This document shows positions 56,819 to 64,000 of a DNA stretch of 64,000 bases, piece by piece (the stretch's first letter is position 1; each line of letters begins with the position of its first letter). Below the pieces are notes generated by a model, which was not told where the DNA came from, searched no databases, and saw only the letters and a program-made list of their open reading frames with translations. The position numbers and the translations under genes were made by a program. The DNA comes from a virus. The stretch covers positions 48,802 to 112,801 of IMG/VR virus record IMGVR_UViG_3300009130_001466. One strand, written 5' to 3'.

Positions 56819-57304
56819 TTAGCCTTTTCTCCCACCAGGAGTGAAGTAGAACCCGATGATTGCTCCCAAAGTGGTGATTGCGACCAGAGAGATGTGCCCT
56901 GTCGTAATTGTTGAGGTGATTTCACTCCCACTTGGGAATTTAATAAACCCCCATAGGATTGTTGTGGCTTCTTTGCTTTCTGGTGGAGTGAAGGTGACAA
57001 GCGTGGTGTTTGGGTAGATTGTACAGAGGATGGATATGATTGCGAAGTTGAGCATCCCCATAAAAGCAATAAGGCGACGAGTAGCCCTAGTGAACATACC
57101 AGTATCCTTATCCGTTTCGCCGACCAATATTTTTTGAAAATCGTTGTCCATTTCACGGATTTGCATATCCCTAATAAGCTCTCTGCGTTCTTTTGCAGCT
57201 TTAGCTTCTGAAATGCCTTGAAAAATGCCACCAATAATCTTAAGCATACTGCCCATACCAGTCGCCCCCAGTGTCGATAATAACATCGTGATAAGTCCAA
57301 ACAT
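56819..57304 (-). CDS. holin-like 3-TM protein
   Basis: Three hydrophobic segments ending IIGFYF..GRK; GTGTAA-N8-ATG. Confidence 0.55.
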   Translation of the reverse strand: MFGLITMLLSTLGATGMGSMLKIIGGIFQGISEAKAAKERRELIRDMQIREMDNDFQKILVGETDKDTGMFTRATRRLIAFMGMLNFAIISILCTIYPNTTLVTFTPPESKEATTILWGFIKFPSGSEITSTITTGHISLVAITTLGAIIGFYFTPGGRKG

Positions 57305-57611
57305 ACCTTCATTTACACTATAATACGTTTTTTTTGTAAAAATTAAATTATATAATTTGTTGGGCTGTATTTTATACCTATTCGCCCTACATTAGACTCT
57401 TGGTCAATACACCAACCCTCATATTCGATGTGATCTTCGGCATGAATTGTTCTATATATTTGATAAAACAGTTTTTCTTCGCCTAGCATTAAGCAATGAT
57501 ACTCTTTATCCACAGACAAAAGAGAGCCTTCTCCTTTGAATTCCTCAAGCCTTTTTAGAGCTTTATTTGTTCCTAATACTTCTATTTGTCCTTTCATAAT
57601 TCGATTTACAC

Positions 57612-58100
57612 TTATATTTTTTTCCATCGTTGGTGAGGTAATTCTAAGACATCACTCATCTTAATAATAGAGATTAAATCTTTGCGACCTTCTCTTTGGT
57701 AGCCTTTGTATAACGCATCTTTACTATTTGTTACTTTCTTAGTCAAATCGCATTTTACTTGACACATACCTAAAAGATAATTGCGTTTGATTAAAACAAA
57801 GTCATCATCACGCTCAAAAGCAATCACATCTGTCTGACCACGAAGCCAGCCTTCACGACCTTGGACATTTAAGAACTCAACCCAAAGAAGCTGATCTTGT
57901 TCCTGTGAATCTGAGCGACTAATCTTCTTTTTAGCTTTTACATCAATAGTGCCAAAATTACTAAAGTAATCAATATGGAGAAATTGCTCTTCTCTATTTG
58001 CCTTCCGATAGTTCGGATCGCGTTGACGCAGAAGCGGAGCGAACTCTTTTTCAATTCGTTGCCCACGATTCCAGCTACTACTGTTTTTCCATTTACTCAT
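57612..58100 (-). CDS. PD-(D/E)xK nuclease-like protein
   Basis: E...HIDY...IDVKA...WVEF...GWL. Confidence 0.65.
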   Translation of the reverse strand: MSKWKNSSSWNRGQRIEKEFAPLLRQRDPNYRKANREEQFLHIDYFSNFGTIDVKAKKKISRSDSQEQDQLLWVEFLNVQGREGWLRGQTDVIAFERDDDFVLIKRNYLLGMCQVKCDLTKKVTNSKDALYKGYQREGRKDLISIIKMSDVLELPHQRWKKI

Positions 58101-58111
58101 TATCTTTTATC

Positions 58112-58735
58112 TTATTTGATTTTTTTTGAATTGTCAAGGGTTTTTATATGAGATAGGTTTAAATTTATTTTAGATTTTAAATCTTTTACTGTTTTGTCCC
58201 AATTATCAAAACAGCCTATATAATCATAGTCATCTGAATATTTTAATAAATCTTTTCTAAACCTATACTTTATACCTAAATTTTCTACTAAAATATCATC
58301 TTCGCTGTTAAAAATATCAATTAAACATTGGTCTGTTTTTTTGTTAAGTTCACTCATTATTTGATATAAAAAAACATCATAGTCATCTTCTATATTTTTT
58401 TTTAAAAATTTATAAGACCCAAAATACCTTACGCCCTTTAAATATTCTTTTATTAAGTTTGTTTTGTCAACCCTTATCGTAAACCAAAAATCTCCTTGAT
58501 TTTTTTTAATTTTTTTTGAATCAAAAATTCCATGTATAACCTCGCATCTAGGAAAGTTATGATTTTTAGGAGTTATATTTAACTTATTATTTGGAGAGTT
58601 GTATTGCGAATCGTCAACTAATTCAAAAACTTCATGTATATGTAAGCTTTCTGAAAATTGTTTTTTTATTGAGTCTACAATTTTAGGATACAGTGTGCAT
58701 GGATGAGATTGATAAACTATCATTTTTTTATCCAA
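58112..58735 (-). CDS. hypothetical protein, weakly sulfotransferase-like
   Basis: IHG.F, WFT..., YDYIG; same low-GC operon. Confidence 0.3.
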   Translation of the reverse strand: MDKKMIVYQSHPCTLYPKIVDSIKKQFSESLHIHEVFELVDDSQYNSPNNKLNITPKNHNFPRCEVIHGIFDSKKIKKNQGDFWFTIRVDKTNLIKEYLKGVRYFGSYKFLKKNIEDDYDVFLYQIMSELNKKTDQCLIDIFNSEDDILVENLGIKYRFRKDLLKYSDDYDYIGCFDNWDKTVKDLKSKINLNLSHIKTLDNSKKIK

Positions 58736-59499
58736 TTTACCTTATTTAAAAAAGCTTTAGTTTTTTGGTACTCTTTTGAATTCAAGCGAAAATATTCAAT
58801 AAATTTTTCGGGTATATTAATTTGTTTATTTGCAGATAACGAAAAAAGCGTATTTTCTTTATAACCATCCCTGAGATAAGTGCAAAAGAAAAAATTTAAA
58901 TAATCGAAAACTTCATAAAGCGAGTTATAAACTTCATTAGCTACTCTATAATTTACAGCAGGCGTTTGGACTTGACAAGATAACAACCCATCATCTTTTA
59001 AAATATTTTTTAAATCTTTGTAAAACTCCTTTTTAAAAAGAGGCTTAGATCGATTTATGGGATCTGTCGAATCAACTAAAATTATGTCGTATTTTTTATC
59101 TATTGATTTAACAAATTCTTTAGCATCATCAAATGTCAAATTTACTCTAGGGTTATTAAAAGATGAAGCCATTTGTGGAAAATATTCTCTGCACACAGAT
59201 ACCACTTCTTTGTCTATTTCGCATTGGTCGATAGATTCAATAGTATCATATTTCAAACATTCTCTTGCAATTCCCCCGTCCCCTCCTCCAATAATTAACA
59301 CATTATTTGGTTTGCCATGAATAGAAAAGGGGATTTTAGTCATTGTATCATGGTATTCGATTTCATCAAATTCAGAAAATTGCTCTACATCATCAAGAAA
59401 TAAAGATTTGCCGAAATTTGTTTCATAGACTTCTATTTTTTGGAAATCAGAATTTTTAAAAAACAATCTTTTTTTGAGTTTAGTTGATGTTATTTTCAT
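58720..59499 (-). CDS. speE: spermidine synthase (polyamine aminopropyltransferase)
   Basis: LFLD, YH, VLIIGGGDGG, CEID, DIILVDSTDP. Confidence 0.92.
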   Translation of the reverse strand: MKITSTKLKKRLFFKNSDFQKIEVYETNFGKSLFLDDVEQFSEFDEIEYHDTMTKIPFSIHGKPNNVLIIGGGDGGIARECLKYDTIESIDQCEIDKEVVSVCREYFPQMASSFNNPRVNLTFDDAKEFVKSIDKKYDIILVDSTDPINRSKPLFKKEFYKDLKNILKDDGLLSCQVQTPAVNYRVANEVYNSLYEVFDYLNFFFCTYLRDGYKENTLFSLSANKQINIPEKFIEYFRLNSKEYQKTKAFLNKVNWIKK

Positions 59500-59836
59500 T
59501 AATTTTTCCTCTATCGTTAATTTTTATTGATTTCTTTTTTGCTTTAAAGTTTTTGCATAAATATTCAACAGACTTATCTGTACCTTCTTTACAACAAAAT
59601 ATATCAATCGCACAATACTTATGTTCAGGCCAAGTATGTATTGAGAAATGAGACTCACAAACACAAATCACTCCTGTAACACCCTGCGGAGAAAATTTAT
59701 GAAAATATTTATTTAATATTTTGCATCCAGATATTTCTACAGCTTTTGTTAAAACTGATTCTACGAATTCTACGGAATTAATCAAATTAGAATCGCAATC
59801 ATGCAAATCGATGAGAATATGTTTGGCTAGATTCAT
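59480..59836 (-). CDS. speD: S-adenosylmethionine decarboxylase proenzyme
   Basis: HKFSPQGVTG, ESHFSIHTWPE, AIDIF.C. Confidence 0.92.
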   Translation of the reverse strand: MNLAKHILIDLHDCDSNLINSVEFVESVLTKAVEISGCKILNKYFHKFSPQGVTGVICVCESHFSIHTWPEHKYCAIDIFCCKEGTDKSVEYLCKNFKAKKKSIKINDRGKINENNIN

Positions 59837-60582
59837 TATTTTATAGTGAAACCATAAGTAATGGCTATGCCCTGTTCTAGATTTTCAATTTTATGCCACC
59901 AAAACATAGGAATGTTTAAAGATTCGCCTTCGTTCAAGATTACGGTATCGTATTCTATATTTTTGTTATCTAAAATATCTTTTGTAGTCTCCATGCACCA
60001 AGCGGCTCCGTTTTGTAAAGTTAGGTCGTATTTTAAATATTTAGAATATTTAGGATGTATTAAATAGACTCTTTTTTTACCCTCTATAACTGTTAATATA
60101 GAATGTTCGTAAGGTTTTTTGTAATAATTTTCTCCATGTAAAGATTTTATAAGCTTATCTTGCTTAAATCCATAAGAATCATAATGAAATGGAGTTATTG
60201 TGTCTTTATTGCCCCACCAAAAAGACAATCTACCACTTTCTCCAAATCCGTATTTATTTAAAATATCATTCTTTAAGTCTAATTCATGTAAGAAATCATA
60301 CGCATCCTCGGTTTTAAAATAATATAGACTTTGGGGTGTTTTTAAAAAATTTTCAGCATACTCTTTAATTGTGATATCTATTGCTGGGAAATCACTCCTT
60401 GTCATTAAATCAAAATCTTCGTTGCTTTTTTGAACCCGAATGGGGAAATCAGGAAAATTTTTAAGCAACAGCTCTTTATTTAGAATCTCATTAATACCAA
60501 AATCAGTATTAATCTTGAATGGTTTATTTATAACTAATTGGTTAAACAGCTCTTCCTCTACAATTTCCTGAACTAAACTCAT
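59836..60582 (-). CDS. JmjC/cupin-like 2OG-Fe(II) oxygenase
   Basis: TPFHYD, GKKRV.L, GE.L.IP..WWH. Confidence 0.85.
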   Translation of the reverse strand: MSLVQEIVEEELFNQLVINKPFKINTDFGINEILNKELLLKNFPDFPIRVQKSNEDFDLMTRSDFPAIDITIKEYAENFLKTPQSLYYFKTEDAYDFLHELDLKNDILNKYGFGESGRLSFWWGNKDTITPFHYDSYGFKQDKLIKSLHGENYYKKPYEHSILTVIEGKKRVYLIHPKYSKYLKYDLTLQNGAAWCMETTKDILDNKNIEYDTVILNEGESLNIPMFWWHKIENLEQGIAITYGFTIK

Positions 60583-60591
60583 TTTGTTGTT

Positions 60592-60876
60592 TTAATCTTC
60601 TGTCTCTATAATAGTCCCTTTTTGGACATAAGTGCCTAACTCTCCATGATCGATCAAAACTTCAATAATTTTTTCATAAAGCTCGTCATAATCATCGCCA
60701 CTGTATTCAGTACCAATATTGTATCTGCGATCTTCGTCATATTCGTGAAGGGTGTGGTCGCCATGATTATCGTCTTCATCAACAACAATCATATATTTCT
60801 TTCCATCGTATTCGACTGGAACGTGCCAACAGGTGCGTTGGTAATGAATATTTGCGTCTTCTAATATTGTAATCAT
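60592..60876 (-). CDS. hypothetical protein (paralogue of 62360..62644)
   Basis: EDA.I.YQR.CW.V..EY...KY....DEDDN shared. Confidence 0.7.
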   Translation of the reverse strand: MITILEDANIHYQRTCWHVPVEYDGKKYMIVVDEDDNHGDHTLHEYDEDRRYNIGTEYSGDDYDELYEKIIEVLIDHGELGTYVQKGTIIETED

Positions 60877-60877
60877 A

Positions 60878-61195
60878 TTATTTCTCTTTTACAAATAAAC
60901 CATTAACCATCTTACCCTTACGATCCTTGATTTCATCATAAGCGTCAGCCAAGCAATCAACAGAGTCTAAGCCAACCATTTTTGCAAGCAAAATAATTGT
61001 AACTATCATATCACCAATGCCATCGGCAACTTCTAGGATAGCCTCTTCACCTTTCCCAAGTCGCGTAAGAGCGTCGAGTGTTTCGTCAAGTTCTTCTTGT
61101 GTTTTACTTATTTGCTTGATTGCATTTGAATTCTCGAAAATATTTCGATCATTCGCCCACTTCACAACTTTTTCTTGTAGTTCTTCGTATTTCAT
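60878..61195 (-). CDS. MazG-like nucleotide pyrophosphohydrolase
   Basis: WANDR, EELDE, DGIGD, AYDEIKDRKG. Confidence 0.8.
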   Translation of the reverse strand: MKYEELQEKVVKWANDRNIFENSNAIKQISKTQEELDETLDALTRLGKGEEAILEVADGIGDMIVTIILLAKMVGLDSVDCLADAYDEIKDRKGKMVNGLFVKEK

Positions 61196-61247
61196 ATTTT
61201 TTTTCATTCTATTTCTGTTAGAGTATGAGAAAGTTCCTTTGCACATA

Positions 61248-61871
61248 TTATAATTCCTCCTTGTAATAACTCCAGCATTCTTTTGCCGACTCTTCATTAA
61301 AAGTTTCTTTGTTTTCGTGCCATTCTGGGTTGATCCATCCGACTTTAGCAGTAAAAGATTTCTCTCTGGTGTCTACGCAGTCGGAATCTATTTCGAGAAG
61401 TTGCCCATCGTAATAAAGATCTTGAACAAAGCCACCAACATCTGTTTCCACTTCGCTGATTACTAATTTTTGTAGATCTAAATCTTCTCCATCAGTCTCA
61501 ACCTCCCAACTTGCAAATATACCTTTTTCTGATCCGTGGAAAAGCAAGACGGGGACTGAACCATTTCCCGAATCTGTTATATACGCCTCGCGTGACATAA
61601 AAGTCGAAATAGATAAATCGTCACGAATTTCTTCTTCTTCTCCATCTTTTATTTCGCAAAGTGTAAAAAGTCCATCGGAGTACATCCCGTAACCATGTTC
61701 AAGGTCAGCTTCGTCATAAAAAGTATCTTGAACTTCTTGAACTAAATCATGCTCGCTAGAATCGCCATTTTCAATCATTTCTGACCAGTCATCAACAAAA
61801 TCCACATCTTTCGTGCAGATTGCATATTCGCCGCCATAACCAACAGCTGTAATTTTGAATTTTCTTTTCAT
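61248..61871 (-). CDS. acidic hypothetical protein
   Basis: ORF track; GYGGE and SEKG motifs. Confidence 0.6.
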   Translation of the reverse strand: MKRKFKITAVGYGGEYAICTKDVDFVDDWSEMIENGDSSEHDLVQEVQDTFYDEADLEHGYGMYSDGLFTLCEIKDGEEEEIRDDLSISTFMSREAYITDSGNGSVPVLLFHGSEKGIFASWEVETDGEDLDLQKLVISEVETDVGGFVQDLYYDGQLLEIDSDCVDTREKSFTAKVGWINPEWHENKETFNEESAKECWSYYKEEL

Positions 61872-62359
61872 TATTTATATACTTTATTTGAAATTTTTAA
61901 TATTGTCAAGCGTTTTCATTGTTTTTCTTCAAATTCAAATTGAGTGTTAAGAATTTTCATTGCGTATTTGGTCACATGATTTAACGCTTCCATATCTTTA
62001 TACTCGACATATCGATCACCGACAGTTTCCATATAGTAACCTTCTTTACCTCTCTTTAACCAGCAAATAGTGATACAAGTTTCCTCACCTAAACTCTCAC
62101 TATAAATCCAAGCAATGATCTCGCTTGGTCTATCCTCATCAATAGTATATCCATGAGAATCTTTTACGCCATTCTGTCTAAACTCTACATTATTGTATCT
62201 CATCATAACTGTTTATCGTTTTCCATACCTTCTGCTTATTATCAATATCACTCGAAAGGATCATGATATTTCTATAAGGTTTATACAAATACCACGCTAA
62301 AAAATCAAACCTTAGAAATAATTTAGCGATTAAATCACCTATCCAAAATAGTATTAGTG

Positions 62360-62644
62360 CTAATATTGTTCGCATTCGATAATCAATCCTTTCTTCATTC
62401 CCGAACTCATTTCACCTGATTCCCATAGTGTTTCAACGACTTCATCATATAGATCAGACATATTACTAATTTCATTTCCTATATTATACGGTTTTGATGA
62501 ATCATATTCATATAGAGAAACATCTCCACCGTTATCATCTTCATCAGATAAGACAATATATTTATTATCTTTGTATTCTATAGCCACATTCCAACAAACT
62601 CGTTGATATGTGATCTGCGCATCTTCTATTATTTTTATATCCAT
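62360..62644 (-). CDS. hypothetical protein (paralogue of 60592..60876)
   Basis: See its paralogue. Confidence 0.7.
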   Translation of the reverse strand: MDIKIIEDAQITYQRVCWNVAIEYKDNKYIVLSDEDDNGGDVSLYEYDSSKPYNIGNEISNMSDLYDEVVETLWESGEMSSGMKKGLIIECEQY

Positions 62645-62648
62645 AATT

Positions 62649-63038
62649 TTAATTTCCGTGTCCCTTTAATCTATAAACTCTATTTTCAGCATAAGCAATC
62701 ATACCGTCAATATATGCGCTGTGCTGACTTACAATACTTTCTGGAATATTTTCTTGCTCGTATTCTAAATGATAATAGAATCTCAAACTATTAAACTTTT
62801 CTTTAACTTGATCTGCTACTACTTGAGGAAAATTGACGCCGCCTTTCACTCCATTACAGTATTGAACATATCCACAATTAGTCATAGCATCACACAATTC
62901 ATCAATGATTGGAAGCCAATCAGTTGGCACTTCAAGTCCCCAACACATACAAGTCTCAGTCATTGGCTTATCTTTATCTCCAAAGATTTTTGGATACTTT
63001 TCAAATATTTCTTTTTGAGTTATCATAATTATACCCAC
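62649..63038 (-). CDS. conserved phage protein
   Basis: W..II.EL...QVKEKF.SLRFY. Confidence 0.6.
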   Translation of the reverse strand: MGIIMITQKEIFEKYPKIFGDKDKPMTETCMCWGLEVPTDWLPIIDELCDAMTNCGYVQYCNGVKGGVNFPQVVADQVKEKFNSLRFYYHLEYEQENIPESIVSQHSAYIDGMIAYAENRVYRLKGHGN

Positions 63039-63577
63039 ATAAAGTCTTTATTAGCTACAATCCAAGTCATATAGCGTTTATCTAATTTACTAATCTCTGC
63101 TTCTAAGCGATGTACCTCAGCATATTTTTCTTTATAGCTTCTTAGATCGGGTTCTTCTTTAGTCAGATTACTAAACTTTGGATAAGCTTCATCAATCTGT
63201 TTTTCGAGATCGTCACGACCATTCTTTGCATACTCATAGCACTTCTTCAATCCGTTTGCAAACTTCTTATGTTCTGGCGAATCATCCCAATTAATACGCT
63301 CAAAACACTTTTCTTCATCAACATAGTGAATAACACAACCAAAGAGAAACTTCGGAATAAGTTCAACCTTATCACACCAACGATTATATTCGATGTGCTT
63401 CTTAATCCATCGCTGACGAGGCTTAAAGAATTCACTCACCTTATCTAATAAGCCATAATGATATCTTGGAAAAGCCCAATTCCAAAGATCACCAATATAG
63501 CTAAAGGGTTTCGGCGCAAAGTAACGCAGCCAATCTCTAAAACCCCAGAGTTTAATTTGTTCTATTGTAAGTTTCAT
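63029..63577 (-). CDS. hypothetical protein
   Basis: ORF track. Confidence 0.6.
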   Translation of the reverse strand: MKLTIEQIKLWGFRDWLRYFAPKPFSYIGDLWNWAFPRYHYGLLDKVSEFFKPRQRWIKKHIEYNRWCDKVELIPKFLFGCVIHYVDEEKCFERINWDDSPEHKKFANGLKKCYEYAKNGRDDLEKQIDEAYPKFSNLTKEEPDLRSYKEKYAEVHRLEAEISKLDKRYMTWIVANKDFMWV

Positions 63578-64000
63578 AATCTATAATACTAATGTGATAA
63601 GTGCTACGGTCGCTATACCTAAAATAATTCCTGCTGCTGGATTACCAAAAGCATATCCGATACATCCACAAATTGTGATAAGAGATAGGGGTTTAATATT
63701 TTGTTGTAATAATTTCATAATACGATTATATCATAGTTCCTCAAATTCTTTACCCCATCTCTCACCTCTCCACCATAGATCATATAACTCATCACTCGTC
63801 TTTCGTATCTCTCTGAGATCGACATTCTTAGAGGTTGATGTACACCCTGATAAGAATATAAAAATGAAAAGTAATAAGATGTTTTTCATACCAATTTCAT
63901 CCAATCTGTCTCTTCAGGCATTAATTCACAGCCAAGTTCTTTCAACTGTTTCACTTGCGCTCCGATATTCATTTTTACTGCATAACCTTCTTTATGGCAC

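Overview
64 kb of a large, AT-rich tailed dsDNA phage genome, probably siphovirus-like (1806-aa tape measure, tail-tube genes, no sheath seen); host not determinable from sequence. Layout: (1) 1-32.7 kb, virion morphogenesis and late module (Gly-rich fibre, five tail-tube-like paralogues, TMP, neck, major capsid, protease/scaffold, portal, terminase, ERCC4 nuclease, phage sigma factor, PhoH), with many genes preceded by GTGTAA-N8-ATG, a likely leaderless late promoter. (2) 32.9-35.1 kb, nine tRNAs interleaved with a ~550-nt ornate structured RNA, a ~196-nt tRNA-like RNA and a PD-(D/E)xK nuclease gene. (3) 35.4-44.9 kb, + strand early region of small leaderless sigma70-promoter genes. It is punctuated by ten copies of a fixed-geometry 75-bp element (two 25-bp IHF-like palindromes 50 bp apart around a GC-rich core with an invariant GGCC), whose first TAA often serves as the upstream stop codon, like an integron-style cassette array. 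It also holds a boxA-led ~400-nt ncRNA transcript ending in CCA. (4) 45-64 kb, - strand accessory genes: orphan RuvB, macrodomain, DenV-like and HhH glycosylases, rIIA/rIIB, holin-like membrane genes, a JmjC-speD-speE polyamine island, MazG-like. All calls come from reading motifs by eye; no searches were run.
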